A stretch of DNA of 64,000 nt from Candidatus Parcubacteria bacterium (GCA_019661785.1 JAIFWP010000002.1:161869-225868), one strand, 5' to 3'. Numbered from the stretch's first letter, positions 48,731-59,419 are shown. The notes: a model not told the origin generated them from the letters alone. Numbers and translations are program-made.

Positions 48731-49003
48731 TTACTTCGTACCTGCGGCGGTCTTCTGAGCAGCTGGGCTCAAAGGCAATGGCTTTGCAACTGCACCAACC
48801 TTGGATGCGCGTGTCTGGCGTGCCTTGAGGCGGGCGTTGAGCTGGTCGATCTTAACCTGGTTGGTAGCTGGGGAAGAGAGGATGGCTGCGGCCTCAGTCT
48901 CGAAGGATTCAGCTGATGCGACAGAACCCCTACCATAGTTCATATATAGAGCTATGAGGATGATAACGACTACGATGACGATACCGACAATTGGCTTTTT
49001 CAT
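48731..49003 (-). CDS. Small membrane-anchored hypothetical protein
   Basis: MKKPIVGIVIVVVIILIAL; start moved to ATG 49003. Confidence 0.6.
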   Translation of the reverse strand: MKKPIVGIVIVVVIILIALYMNYGRGSVASAESFETEAAAILSSPATNQVKIDQLNARLKARQTRASKVGAVAKPLPLSPAAQKTAAGTK

Positions 49004-49134
49004 TGATTTGATTATATTTATACTACCCGTTGAATTAAGTGGGTTATATATAAGTTTAGCTCTAAGCTCATCGAATAGCTCATCGGCTATCCCCATAGGA
49101 AAGCATAAAGTAGCCAGCACGTTACAATATAGAT

Positions 49135-50073
49135 ATGAAGAGACCCTTGCTTCTAGCCATCCCTATAGTCGTAGCACTAGCCCTAGTGGTGAAGCATGAG
49201 TCTTTGCGCCCTGTAACCACGCCCCAGATACCTGATACTGGCCTTACCGCCACCGCTACCGGAGCCAATACAGTAGCCAGTGTAACTATGTCTGTGTTGC
49301 CTAAGGTCGTACTTCAAGGCGACCCAGCTCTTATAGCCATAGATGGCATAGACAATGCCTCTGCGGTGAAGTCTCTAGTGTGGAATGGCAAGCCAATAGG
49401 AGTATTAATGCTCCATGGCAAGCCATCGGCCTTCGTCGGTGTGGACTTGAGGATGAAGCCTGGTACATACCCTATCACTCTCACGCTTAACGACGGCCGA
49501 GTAGTGAAAAAGGATTTGGTCGTGGGCACTCGCGAGATTGCCAAGGCCCCGCTCGGCATACCGGAGAGCCTCGGAGGCAATACGCCCGAAGCAGAGAAGC
49601 AGCTAGTGTCAGAACTGGCTAAGGAGAACGCCATTATCTCGTCTGTGCCCACGTCCAGCTCGGCTTTGTGGAGTGAGGACTTCGTCTTCCCGCTTAAAGG
49701 CGAGCTCGTTATAACAGATCCGTATGGATACACTCGGCTCACTGGTGCCTCGACCATAAGCCACAAGGGTACCGACTTCCGCGCTGCTACTGGCACTCCT
49801 GTCTACGCCATGAACTCAGGAACGGTGCGGATAGCTAGGAACTTCACCGACTACGGCGGCACCATTATCCTTGACCACGGCCTCGGACTCCAAACCCTTT
49901 ATATGCACTTAAGCGAGCTAGATGTGAAGGTGGGCGACACGGTAGTCGCAGGCGAGCTCATAGGCAAGAGTGGTCAGACTGGCTATGCCGAAGCTCCGCA
50001 TCTCCATATATCAGTGAAGATTGGTGGAGTCTCTATAGACCCGATGAAATTTATGAAGCTGGGAAGTTTATGA
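49135..50073 (+). CDS. M23 family metallopeptidase
   Basis: HKGTD, YGGTIILDHG, YMHLS, PHLH. Confidence 0.92.
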   Translation: MKRPLLLAIPIVVALALVVKHESLRPVTTPQIPDTGLTATATGANTVASVTMSVLPKVVLQGDPALIAIDGIDNASAVKSLVWNGKPIGVLMLHGKPSAFVGVDLRMKPGTYPITLTLNDGRVVKKDLVVGTREIAKAPLGIPESLGGNTPEAEKQLVSELAKENAIISSVPTSSSALWSEDFVFPLKGELVITDPYGYTRLTGASTISHKGTDFRAATGTPVYAMNSGTVRIARNFTDYGGTIILDHGLGLQTLYMHLSELDVKVGDTVVAGELIGKSGQTGYAEAPHLHISVKIGGVSIDPMKFMKLGSL

Positions 50074-50283
50074 TGCTTGCGGGACAAAACCGTTAGAGCC
50101 ATTGTCGGTAGAGGTCGAGGAGTTTGCACCTGATGCGCCGCCATTTACAGGTGACGAGAGGTCGCTCGCTGCTGTAGAGTTTGAGTTTGTGTCATCGGTA
50201 TCGCCGTTCCAATGCATGAACAGGGCTGCTCCCACTATGACGAGCGCGATGATGCCTATGATGCTTGCGGTACTGGTCTTCAT
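50068..50283 (-). CDS. Small single-TM protein
   Basis: MKTSTASIIGIIALVIVGAALF plus low-complexity tail. Confidence 0.6.
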   Translation of the reverse strand: MKTSTASIIGIIALVIVGAALFMHWNGDTDDTNSNSTAASDLSSPVNGGASGANSSTSTDNGSNGFVPQAS

Positions 50284-50333
50284 GAAAGGGTTGACGTATA
50301 GGGAGCCTTAATCTGTCTTGCTATAATGTCCAT

Positions 50334-50927
50334 ATGACAAAACGGCGGGTTATCGGACTCGACTTCGACGATGTTCTCATGGATTTTCGCTATAATCTTG
50401 ACCAGTATCACAACTTTGTTTACGGCACCTCGTTTAAACGTGAGGATGCGGTAAGCCATGATCTGTGGATTCCTTGGAATTGCGCCAAGGATGAGTATGC
50501 ACAGAGAGTCTTTGATTTCTACGAATCCGATCATCATCACAACGCATCGCCTCTCGCTGGAGGACCCGAAGCTGTGAAGAAGCTGAGTCTCAATAACGAC
50601 ATAGTCATGATTACTTCAAGGCCCGACCATGTCAAAGAAGTTACTCTGAGATGGCTCGAGAAACATTATCCATATCTTATGGATCATACTTATTTCACCA
50701 ATCTGTTTGAAGGCAATGGCATCAGAAAGAAAAAATCTGAAGTATGCGCCGAGCTTGGAGTTGATATCTTTGTCGACGATTACCTAGGCTATGCTAATGA
50801 TATAGCCGAGAGCGGCAGGGAAGTTCTCCTCTTCAATGCACCATGGAACCAGACCACGGAGCTTCATCCTAAAATCACTCGAGTTAAGGACTGGGCGCAT
50901 ATATTGGAAGTCTTGGGGATGAAATAA
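50334..50927 (+). CDS. 5'(3')-deoxyribonucleotidase-like HAD phosphatase (NT5C)
   Basis: GLDFDDVL, ITSR, FVDD, PWN. Confidence 0.85.
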   Translation: MTKRRVIGLDFDDVLMDFRYNLDQYHNFVYGTSFKREDAVSHDLWIPWNCAKDEYAQRVFDFYESDHHHNASPLAGGPEAVKKLSLNNDIVMITSRPDHVKEVTLRWLEKHYPYLMDHTYFTNLFEGNGIRKKKSEVCAELGVDIFVDDYLGYANDIAESGREVLLFNAPWNQTTELHPKITRVKDWAHILEVLGMK

Positions 50928-50935
50928 GGTAAGAG

Positions 50936-50968
50936 AAAACCCCGCAGTGACGTTACATCACTGCGGGG
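50936..50968. terminator. Hairpin between convergent genes
   Basis: CCCCGCAGTGA-CGTTACA-TCACTGCGGGG. Confidence 0.7.
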
Positions 50969-50986
50969 CTCTGCCTTGGTCGACCT

Positions 50987-51688
50987 CTACAGCATTACCG
51001 AGGTCTTATCCATGAGCACGCTCTCGGGGATGTCCTTGTCGTTAAAGTGCTCGATAATCCATCCGGCGATGTCCTCGGGCTGGATGGCATCCGCACGCTT
51101 GTCGGGCGCGACCTTCGGAGTATTGATGGTCGCTGGCTGGATATCTGTCACCCTGACGCCGGTGCCCTTGAGCTCGTGCCGCAAAGCCTTCATCAAATGG
51201 AACGAAGCCGCCTTCATGGGGCCGTAGGTGAGGTTCCTCGTGAGCTCCGGCTTTACTGCCGCATGGGAAGAGATGTTCACAATGAGGCCGTGGCCCTCTG
51301 CGCGGAAGACTTGCTGGGCCACGAAGCTCGTGACGAAGCTCGTCTTGAAGAAAGCCTCGTAATGCGCGTCGGCATGAGCGGAGGCGTCCTCGACGGAGTC
51401 GTCGATGCCAACCTGAGCCCAGCTGCCAGTAGACATAACGACGGCATCAACGTTTCCAAACCTCTCGGCCGCGCGCTCGAAGACTTGCTCGACCTCCTCT
51501 GCATTGGAGGCGTCGGCCGCGACGGCCAAGGTCTGCTCGGGAGGCAGAGTATCTGCAACCAGCTGGAGTTTGCTCATTGACCGCGAGAAGAGAACGACGT
51601 TGGCTCCCTGTAGAGTAAACTCTCTGGCCAAAACTCTGGCCAGTTCTCCGCTCCCGCCGGATATTGCGATGGTTTTGTCTTTAAGCAT
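50987..51688 (-). CDS. SDR family oxidoreductase
   Basis: ISGGSGELA, VNISS, YGPMK; start moved to ATG 51688. Confidence 0.85.
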   Translation of the reverse strand: MLKDKTIAISGGSGELARVLAREFTLQGANVVLFSRSMSKLQLVADTLPPEQTLAVAADASNAEEVEQVFERAAERFGNVDAVVMSTGSWAQVGIDDSVEDASAHADAHYEAFFKTSFVTSFVAQQVFRAEGHGLIVNISSHAAVKPELTRNLTYGPMKAASFHLMKALRHELKGTGVRVTDIQPATINTPKVAPDKRADAIQPEDIAGWIIEHFNDKDIPESVLMDKTSVML

Positions 51689-51733
51689 TGAGTGATGGGT
51701 TGGGGTCCGCGTGCTATAATACACTAATATACG

Positions 51734-52843
51734 ATGAACAAAAGAGGGAAATTCGTTCTTGGATTGCTCGTTCTTTTTTGTCTATGGAGGCCGCAGGCTG
51801 CTCAGGCTGCGCTGTCTAGCCCATTTGAGGTCTCGGGTTGGATACCTTATTGGCGCTCGGCCACTGGCACGGCGGAGTTCCTCACCCACATAGACTCCTT
51901 CAAGGAGATAAATCCTTTCGCCTACACTGTTAAGAGCGATGGCACATTGGCCGACCAGATGAGCCTAACTGAAGCGCCTTGGCCTCTCTTAACGCAGCTC
52001 ACTCATCTCAAGCAGATACGCCTCGTGCCGACAGTCATGTGGTCCGACGGTCAGGCTATCGACAGGGTATTAAGGAATCCCGAACTCCGCGCCTATCATG
52101 TCCAAAATATAGTCAGGACTGTGAAGGCAAACGGCTTCGACGGCATCGACATCGACTATGAGGCCAAGCTCGCTAAGACCCAGCCATACTTCACGGAGTT
52201 TCTAAGAGAGCTTTACAAGGCTATGGGGGACAAGTGGGTCATGTGCACTATTGAAGCTCGCACGCCTGCTGACTCGCGCAGCAATCCTAACCCTGACGAC
52301 CCCAAGGATTATGCGAATGATTATAAAGCGCTCAATAAATACTGCGACCGAGTGCGCATCATGGCTTATGACCAGGCCTCGGTCGACCGCAAGCTCACAA
52401 CGACTGTCTCCGGCCCATACATACCGGTAGCAGACCCAAAGTGGGTCGACAAGGTACTCACCCTAGCGGAGAAGGATATATCGAAGAAGAAGCTCATGCT
52501 CGGCGTAGCTACTTATGGATATGAGTACAAGGTTACTCCGCTTAGTAGCGGTTATGCGTATAACCAGCAGTGGGCCTTCAACCCGAAGTATGCAACGGAT
52601 TTGGCGAGCTCTCTCAACTTAAGTCCGCAGAGGAATGTCTCTGGCGAACTCTCCTTTACTTACAAACCGGAGTCGAATACTGCCGGAGCTATCCTCGATT
52701 CATCCTTCAATATCCTCTGGTGGTCCGATGCATCGGCTATTGCTGATAAGATCGCCTTGGCCAAGCGCCACGGTATCCGAGGCATATCCATTTTCAAGAT
52801 TGATGGCGGCGCAGATCCAAACCTCTGGTCAGTGTTGAAGTAA
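51734..52843 (+). CDS. Secreted glycoside hydrolase family 18
   Basis: FDGIDIDYE, IMAYD. Confidence 0.9.
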   Translation: MNKRGKFVLGLLVLFCLWRPQAAQAALSSPFEVSGWIPYWRSATGTAEFLTHIDSFKEINPFAYTVKSDGTLADQMSLTEAPWPLLTQLTHLKQIRLVPTVMWSDGQAIDRVLRNPELRAYHVQNIVRTVKANGFDGIDIDYEAKLAKTQPYFTEFLRELYKAMGDKWVMCTIEARTPADSRSNPNPDDPKDYANDYKALNKYCDRVRIMAYDQASVDRKLTTTVSGPYIPVADPKWVDKVLTLAEKDISKKKLMLGVATYGYEYKVTPLSSGYAYNQQWAFNPKYATDLASSLNLSPQRNVSGELSFTYKPESNTAGAILDSSFNILWWSDASAIADKIALAKRHGIRGISIFKIDGGADPNLWSVLK

Positions 52844-52870
52844 TCCGCGCGATAATCTATAGTGGCCCAC

Positions 52871-54688
52871 ATGGAATCAACCGAGAAGCAAGCTCTGTCC
52901 TACCTCAACCTTTTGAACACGGAGTACCACAAGCTGCACAAGGCTTACGAGGACCTCTTTTGGACTTCGTATATGGGTGACCATAGCGTGGATAAGAGGT
53001 TAAACACCGCTCTTAAGAAGCGTGATGCTTTCCGCGCGGACGCATCTCTGGTGAAGAAGCTCGAGGGGCTTAAGGATGGGGCAAGCAAAGAGACGAAGAC
53101 GCGCATCGGATATTGGCTCTGGTTCTTCTCCTGCTATCAGACGCCTCCGGCAGGACTTGTTATAAAGGAGAAGATAGATAAGCTCGAGGGAGAGGTGCAA
53201 AGCAAGTGGTCGAAGAGGAAAGAAGGTTATATCGACCCGCACACAAAGAAGTTCGTACTCGCTTCCTCTAACAAGATGGGTACCATAATGGTAACCAATG
53301 GTGACGAGCAGGTGCGCCGGGCTTGCTTCGAGGCAAGGGAGAAATCTTCTGTGCAGTTCACTCCCGATTTGGTGAAGCTCATAAAACTGCGCAACGAGTT
53401 TGCCAGAGCAATGGGGTTCAAGGACTTCTACGACTACAAGCTCTCGACTGTCGACAGGATGACGAAGGCAGAAGTCTTCGGCCTCTTCGACAAAATATAC
53501 CAGAAGACTAAGTACGCCATCAAAAATATAGAGAAGCTCGAGAAGAAGATGCCCGGCCTCTTAAAGCCTTGGAACTTCGGTTACATGATGAGCGGGGACT
53601 TCATCAAGGAGGAGGACCCGTATCACCAGTTCAGCGAAGCGCTCCCTCGCTGGGGACGCTCCTTTGCCGCTATGGGCATTACCTTCGGCGGTGGCTCTCT
53701 CGGCCTCGACCTCCTCGAACGCAAGGGCAAGTATCACAACGGCTTCTGCCATTACCCAGACTTGGTAAGGACGGAGAAGGGGAGACTCATGCCTGGGAGC
53801 GCTAACTTCACCTGCAATATGGTGAACGGCCAAGTAGGTTCCGGATATCAGGGCTACCACACTCTCTTCCATGAGGGAGGCCATGCCGCAGACAGGCTCA
53901 ATGCCGAAACTATCGATGTCTGCGTGAATCATGAATACGCGCCAAGCTCGGTGGCATGGGCCGAGACCCAGAGCATGTTCTGCGACAGTGTCTTTGGCAG
54001 CGTGGACTGGGCTTCAAGATATGCCAAGGATGAGAAAACAGGCAAGAGTTACCCCTTCGAACTCTTCGAGCGCCAAATAAAGAAACTCCATCCAACGCGT
54101 CCGCTCGCGCTAAACGGTATTATGATGGTCACCGACTTTGAGCGGCAGGCCTATGAGATGAAGGACCTTACTGTAGATAAGTTAAAGCTCCTGGCGAGGA
54201 AGACCTATGCCAAATTCTACAAGCGTGCTGTGCCCTCGCACTACATACTCTCAATACCTCACATATACAGCTTTGAGAGCTCGGCTTACTATCACGGTTA
54301 TGGCCTCGCGGAGCTAGCGGTGTTTCAGTGGAGATATTATTTCTACAACAAATACGGATACATAGTCGATAATCCTAAGGTTGGAGAGGAGATGAAGAAA
54401 GTCTGGAGATTGTCCGCGACAAGGACATTCACTGATTTCGTGAAGATGGCGACAAAGAGGCCTATCTCTGCAGACGCATTTATCCGTGATGTGACTATGA
54501 CCATACCGCAAGTGCTCGAGCGCGCCAAGCAGAGGATAAAGAGGCTTGAGAGAGTTAAGCCATATAAAGGTCCTATAAAGCTCGACGCTAAGATACGCCT
54601 CTTGAACGGTAAGGAAGAGATAGCGAACAACAAGAAGAGTTTTGAGGATATGTCTGCGAAGTACAAGGCCTGGCTTGAAAGGAAGTAG
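52871..54688 (+). CDS. M3 family oligopeptidase
   Basis: LDLLERKGKY, TLFHEGGH, AETQSM. Confidence 0.85.
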   Translation: MESTEKQALSYLNLLNTEYHKLHKAYEDLFWTSYMGDHSVDKRLNTALKKRDAFRADASLVKKLEGLKDGASKETKTRIGYWLWFFSCYQTPPAGLVIKEKIDKLEGEVQSKWSKRKEGYIDPHTKKFVLASSNKMGTIMVTNGDEQVRRACFEAREKSSVQFTPDLVKLIKLRNEFARAMGFKDFYDYKLSTVDRMTKAEVFGLFDKIYQKTKYAIKNIEKLEKKMPGLLKPWNFGYMMSGDFIKEEDPYHQFSEALPRWGRSFAAMGITFGGGSLGLDLLERKGKYHNGFCHYPDLVRTEKGRLMPGSANFTCNMVNGQVGSGYQGYHTLFHEGGHAADRLNAETIDVCVNHEYAPSSVAWAETQSMFCDSVFGSVDWASRYAKDEKTGKSYPFELFERQIKKLHPTRPLALNGIMMVTDFERQAYEMKDLTVDKLKLLARKTYAKFYKRAVPSHYILSIPHIYSFESSAYYHGYGLAELAVFQWRYYFYNKYGYIVDNPKVGEEMKKVWRLSATRTFTDFVKMATKRPISADAFIRDVTMTIPQVLERAKQRIKRLERVKPYKGPIKLDAKIRLLNGKEEIANNKKSFEDMSAKYKAWLERK

Positions 54689-54710
54689 TTAGCGCTTCGT
54701 TAGTAGGTTA

Positions 54711-55130
54711 ATGAAGAGACTTCTAATCATTGCATCTTTATTTTCATTTATATCGCCGACGCTAAGCCTCCAAGCAGCGTCTCTCGTTGACCTAGGATAC
54801 GGCTCGTCGAGCCAGACTGGGCTCATAGAGGAAGCATCATCGACAGTCGACTACGAGAACGATAGCGTCATCATCTATCACGAGGACGAAACTCGGCTCA
54901 TGAGTCTTGTGCCAGTAGCTCTCTTGGTTAAGATAACCGCGTACCATGACGGCAGAGTAGAGTTTGATTATCCTTGGTATGGACTCTTCGCTCCTGACAA
55001 AGATGCTCTTGAGTCTAAGGTTAGGACAGCGGCTGCGGAGGTCCTTGAGATGGTCCCGACTGGAGGCTGGACAGATGACGACCGAGGAAGCCTTGCCGAA
55101 CACATAAAAGCCGCTCTGCAAGAGCTATAA
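54711..55130 (+). CDS. Secreted hypothetical protein
   Basis: Signal peptide, YPWY motif. Confidence 0.7.
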   Translation: MKRLLIIASLFSFISPTLSLQAASLVDLGYGSSSQTGLIEEASSTVDYENDSVIIYHEDETRLMSLVPVALLVKITAYHDGRVEFDYPWYGLFAPDKDALESKVRTAAAEVLEMVPTGGWTDDDRGSLAEHIKAALQEL

Positions 55131-55137
55131 TGATAGG

Positions 55138-56163
55138 ATGTCGTTTCAAAGGCTTACTGCCTGGTACCGCAAGTACGAGAGGCCGGTCTCCTCGCTCTCT
55201 CTTATAGGCGGATTCGTATTCGACGCTCTGACTCTTCGCAGAGTAGATACCTTCTGGGAGAATTTCTGGATAATAATCCATCTCCTTGTCTCGGCCATCC
55301 TAATACTCCTCATTAACCGTAAGGGAGTGCGGGACCCAGGCGAGACCAAGGGCGAGTTCGACTTCTGGCTCTTGAACCTGCTCCAGTTCACTTATGGAGG
55401 TCTCTTGTCGGCCTTCCTTGTCTTCTACTTCCGCTCGGCGGCTCTCTCGGTCTCTTGGCCCTTCCTGCTTCTGCTTGCCCTGGCCTTCGCAGCCAACGAG
55501 CGCTTGAAGCGCCATCAAGAGAGGCTTACCTTCCAGATATCTCTCTTCTTCCTCTCGCTCTTGTCCTTTGCTATCTTCTTCGTGCCGGTGCTTGTAGGCT
55601 CCATCGGTCCCTGGGTCTTCGTCCTCGCGGGCGTGGCGTCCTTGCTCGTGATGAGGCTCTTCCTCGCCTTGCTCAAGGCTGAGAAGAAGTACTTGTGGCT
55701 CTCCATCCTCGCCATCTTTATCGCGGTGAATGTCTTGTACTTCACCGATGTCTTGCCCCCGATACCTCTCTCGCTCAAAGATGGAGGCATCTACTACTCA
55801 GTAGTGAGAGGTGCAGGCGGGGAATATATGTTAAGTAAGCCAAGTGAAAGTTTCCTCGACTATGTGACTCTTTATCCCAAGGTTGCGATTAACCCTGCTG
55901 GACAGGCACTCTATGCATATACGGCGGTGTTTAGCCCGGCACGATTCTCTACAGGCATTACTCATATCTGGCAGAGGTATGATGAGTCGACCAAGTCTTG
56001 GGTGACTACTTCGACAGTTCTCCTCTCCATCTCAGGCGGGAGGAGCGAGGGATATAGGACCTTCTCTAGTTCTCTAGTGACTCTGGGTAAATGGAGAGTG
56101 AGCGTGAAGACTCCTGGCGGACAGCTCATCGGGCGCATAGGCTTTACGGCCGTAGCTAAGTAG
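55138..56163 (+). CDS. DUF2914-like membrane protein
   Basis: GGFVFDALTL.RVD, multi-TM N-half, GGRSEGYRT...GKWRV. Confidence 0.75.
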   Translation: MSFQRLTAWYRKYERPVSSLSLIGGFVFDALTLRRVDTFWENFWIIIHLLVSAILILLINRKGVRDPGETKGEFDFWLLNLLQFTYGGLLSAFLVFYFRSAALSVSWPFLLLLALAFAANERLKRHQERLTFQISLFFLSLLSFAIFFVPVLVGSIGPWVFVLAGVASLLVMRLFLALLKAEKKYLWLSILAIFIAVNVLYFTDVLPPIPLSLKDGGIYYSVVRGAGGEYMLSKPSESFLDYVTLYPKVAINPAGQALYAYTAVFSPARFSTGITHIWQRYDESTKSWVTTSTVLLSISGGRSEGYRTFSSSLVTLGKWRVSVKTPGGQLIGRIGFTAVAK

Positions 56164-56230
56164 GGTCTAATTGTGCCCCAATAAGAAAGCGAGCCGCTTT
56201 GCGTCTAAGATGCTATAATCGACCTGACTT

Positions 56231-56767
56231 ATGAACGACAACCGCATCTCGCTCACTCTCCTCGGCATCGTACTCCTCTTCACAGCGGTCATTTTCTACG
56301 CGCGGCATGTGAGTCTCGCTAGGCAGGGCGAGCAGTCGCAGGTCCCGGTCATCGCCCACTATACGAACTATGCTTATAGAGTGAACTTGCGCTACCCGCC
56401 AGAGTGGCAGCCAGTCGGTGGATACGCTTATGACAGATATGAGGGAAACGATGGCTTCTTTGGCATCTCGGCTGGAGGTACTGGCAATGTGGCTATGGCA
56501 GACATGGTTAAGAGCGAGGTTGACCATCCCCTAAAGCCTTACGGCAAGGAACCCAGCATCCAAGACCTCCTCATAGACGGACAGAAGGCCAAGCTCATAA
56601 TGCCTTCGGCTGACCAGGATGCGTCTATGCGAGGGCAAGCTGTGCTCATCGTGACATACCCTCTACCTCTCACTATCGGGACTGAGACATACAAATACTT
56701 TGTCTTCTGGGCTGACCGAGCTCATATACAAGACATCGCAAGCTCTATCACCTTCATAAATCAATGA
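56231..56767 (+). CDS. Membrane-anchored hypothetical protein (PsbP-like)
   Basis: Y.N..Y...LRYPPEW motif. Confidence 0.65.
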   Translation: MNDNRISLTLLGIVLLFTAVIFYARHVSLARQGEQSQVPVIAHYTNYAYRVNLRYPPEWQPVGGYAYDRYEGNDGFFGISAGGTGNVAMADMVKSEVDHPLKPYGKEPSIQDLLIDGQKAKLIMPSADQDASMRGQAVLIVTYPLPLTIGTETYKYFVFWADRAHIQDIASSITFINQ

Positions 56768-57246
56768 TGGAGGGCAGAGAGTTGGCCACTTTCGCTATGG
56801 GATGCTTCTGGGGAGTGCAGGTTTTGTTTAAGAAAGTGCCTGGGGTGCTTAAGACTACTGTAGGCTATACTGGCGGACATGTGGAGAATCCGGGATACGA
56901 GAGAGTGTGCATGGGCACTACTGGACATGCCGAGGCCATAGAGCTTGAGTTCGACCCAAGTGTCGTCTCGTATCAGACCCTACTCGATACCTTCTTTGAG
57001 CATCATGACCCAACAACACCGAACCGCTCCGGCCCAGATGTGGGCACTCAGTACCGTTCGGCAATCTTTTATTATAATGACGCGCAGAAGAAGGCTGCAG
57101 AGGAAACTATCGATAAGCTCACGAGGACGAAGCGGTATTTGAATCCCATTGTGACTGAGGTCGCTCCGGCAGGAGCCTTCTACCGTGCTGAGGAGTATCA
57201 TCAGGACTATGCCGAGAAGAACACCTCATACGTCTGCCACATTTAA
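56764..57246 (+). CDS. msrA: Peptide-methionine (S)-S-oxide reductase
   Basis: GCFWG, GHAE, GTQYRS, AEEYHQDY. Confidence 0.96.
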   Translation: MMEGRELATFAMGCFWGVQVLFKKVPGVLKTTVGYTGGHVENPGYERVCMGTTGHAEAIELEFDPSVVSYQTLLDTFFEHHDPTTPNRSGPDVGTQYRSAIFYYNDAQKKAAEETIDKLTRTKRYLNPIVTEVAPAGAFYRAEEYHQDYAEKNTSYVCHI

Positions 57247-57820
57247 GAAGCTTAAGAGGCTCACCACGCCGGAGAAGGTTCAAGATTTTTTGAATACGCT
57301 ACCATTCAACTTTGAGAAGAAGGGAGAGACGTACAGGTCGGTGAAGAAGGCTCTAGAAGCGGGTGAGGCGCATTGCTTCGAGGGAGCACTCATCGCTGCT
57401 GCGGCACTACAGATGCACGGACACAAACCACTCTTGCTCGACCTGCGCACATCTAATGGAGACGCTGACCATGTCGTAGCGCTTTTTAAAAAAAATAAGC
57501 ACTGGGGCGCAGTATCGAAGACGAACCATGCTGTGCTCCGCTACCGCGAGCCTGTGTATGCAAGCGTGCGCGAGCTTGCTATGAGCTACTTTCACGAATA
57601 CTTCTTACATAATGGCACGAAGACCATGAGGAAGTTCTCTAAACCTTTTGACTTATCTAAGACGAAGTTTGATTGGCTCAACTCGAATGAAGACCTCTTT
57701 GACTTAGTCAATGCCCTCGACCACTCTCCGCATGTGCCAGTTGTGCCTAAGGGTCTGAAGCTCCGCAAAGCCGAGAAGGTTGAAATCAAAGCAGGGAAGA
57801 TAGTAGAATTTAAAAGATAA
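57209..57820 (+). CDS. Hypothetical protein with Cys-His-type (transglutaminase-like) motifs
   Basis: AHCFEGA, DHVVALF, WGAVSKTNH. Confidence 0.7.
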   Translation: MPRRTPHTSATFKKLKRLTTPEKVQDFLNTLPFNFEKKGETYRSVKKALEAGEAHCFEGALIAAAALQMHGHKPLLLDLRTSNGDADHVVALFKKNKHWGAVSKTNHAVLRYREPVYASVRELAMSYFHEYFLHNGTKTMRKFSKPFDLSKTKFDWLNSNEDLFDLVNALDHSPHVPVVPKGLKLRKAEKVEIKAGKIVEFKR

Positions 57821-57831
57821 ATATAAACAAC

Positions 57832-58260
57832 ATGGACCTACACCCGATTGTCATCCACTTCCCGATAGCTTTACTCACGCTCTATGCCATATTCGAACTC
57901 GTGAGGTTTGAGAGGGTCTTGGCCAAGCCGTATTGGCATTATGTAAAGAAGGTCTTGGTGCTCGCAGGGTTTGCGGGCTCACTTGTAGCTGCATTGACCG
58001 GACTTATAACAGCCAACTTCACAATAGTCGGCCCAAGGATCTTTATGATGCATGAGTTCTTTGCTCTCGCCACCATTTTGCTTTCAGGCATCGCTAGCGG
58101 CTTCTACTTTAAAAACAACCAGCACAGGGCACTTATCGTTATCGCCATTCTTATCCTAATCTGCATCACGATCACCGGAGGACTCGGCGCAGCTATGGTG
58201 CGAGGTACTCACTTTGACCCATTCATGGCACCGATTTTCAAACTACTTGGAGTTTACTAG
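57832..58260 (+). CDS. DUF2231-like membrane protein
   Basis: LHPIVIHFPIAL. Confidence 0.8.
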   Translation: MDLHPIVIHFPIALLTLYAIFELVRFERVLAKPYWHYVKKVLVLAGFAGSLVAALTGLITANFTIVGPRIFMMHEFFALATILLSGIASGFYFKNNQHRALIVIAILILICITITGGLGAAMVRGTHFDPFMAPIFKLLGVY

Positions 58261-59373
58261 TCTCTTGGAGAAGCGGTTGCCGAGGAAGGCAGCTATAGCG
58301 AGGATGAAGAATATCGAAGTGAAGGGCCACAAGTGAAGAGCCAAGGCACCCACAGCCGAGCCAAGGATGAAGCCGACCGAGCGTGTTAGGCGGAAGATAG
58401 ATATGAGCCCTGTGTCCTCGCCGTCCACATGCTTGAAGAAGTAGCTCTCAGTGGTTATCTCTATAAAACTCGCTCCGACTCTAGATATGAATAATGCTAC
58501 AGCCCACTTGCCGAAGTCGTGCCCGATGTACGGCATGAAGATGAGGGAGATGGCAAGGATGCCGAAGCCCAAGGTCATTATCTCCCGCTCGCTAACCTCC
58601 TTGTCGGCAAGCGCTCCCACCGGCCACTCGAAGATGACAAATGGCAGTAGCATAATGGTGAAGATGACGCCTATCTCGTGCCAGCTGAAGCCCACATTTT
58701 GATGTAGATAAATTGGCATGTAGATGACCATCATGCCGTAGAAGAACTCGAGTATAAGGCGCGAGAGCGTGACTCGCCTAAGACTCTTCTTGCGCCACCA
58801 AGCAAGGAGGGGGAGTGAGTGGCCAGGGCGCTTGTGTAACTTCTTGTTCTTGAATCCTAAAGCGAAGAGGAAGATAGGCAGGAGTACGACTGCCGCCGCA
58901 AGATAGAACATAGAGAAGGTGTCATCAACTGTGAAGAAGGTGATGAGCACTGGACCCAAGACTATGGCCGCGTTCATGACAGTGAGGTAGAGGCCTCGGA
59001 TCTGGCCCGTCTTCCTGTTTGTCGTCATTTCTTCCACGAGCACATCGAGAGCGTAGAAGACCATGAGCGATACTGCTGCGTAGAGGAGGAAGAAGAAGGT
59101 TGCATCGATGCTGCTATGGGCAAAAGCTGCACCGACCGTGGCACCAAGAGTGAGAGCGACGAAGAGGAGGAGGAACTTCCTCACACCGAGCCAGTTCATG
59201 AGCCTGGGAGCGAGGAAGAAGAGCACGAGACTGAGGAGTGCGCCCACTACGTATAAGATACCGACAGCCCTAAGGTCGAAGAAGTGTGCGAGGAAGGAGG
59301 AGTTGATATATAACGTCGCCGCGAAGTGGAGCGAGAACAAGAACTCCGCCAAAAAGATCCAAAATAAACGCAT
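58243..59373 (-). CDS. MFS transporter
   Basis: About 12 TMs, PVGALADK, TESYFFKHV. Confidence 0.85.
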   Translation of the reverse strand: MRLFWIFLAEFLFSLHFAATLYINSSFLAHFFDLRAVGILYVVGALLSLVLFFLAPRLMNWLGVRKFLLLFVALTLGATVGAAFAHSSIDATFFFLLYAAVSLMVFYALDVLVEEMTTNRKTGQIRGLYLTVMNAAIVLGPVLITFFTVDDTFSMFYLAAAVVLLPIFLFALGFKNKKLHKRPGHSLPLLAWWRKKSLRRVTLSRLILEFFYGMMVIYMPIYLHQNVGFSWHEIGVIFTIMLLPFVIFEWPVGALADKEVSEREIMTLGFGILAISLIFMPYIGHDFGKWAVALFISRVGASFIEITTESYFFKHVDGEDTGLISIFRLTRSVGFILGSAVGALALHLWPFTSIFFILAIAAFLGNRFSKRLVNSK

Positions 59374-59419
59374 TGCGCTAAATTATAGCCCAACTTCGTC
59401 AAGGCTACGATGGGCAAGC

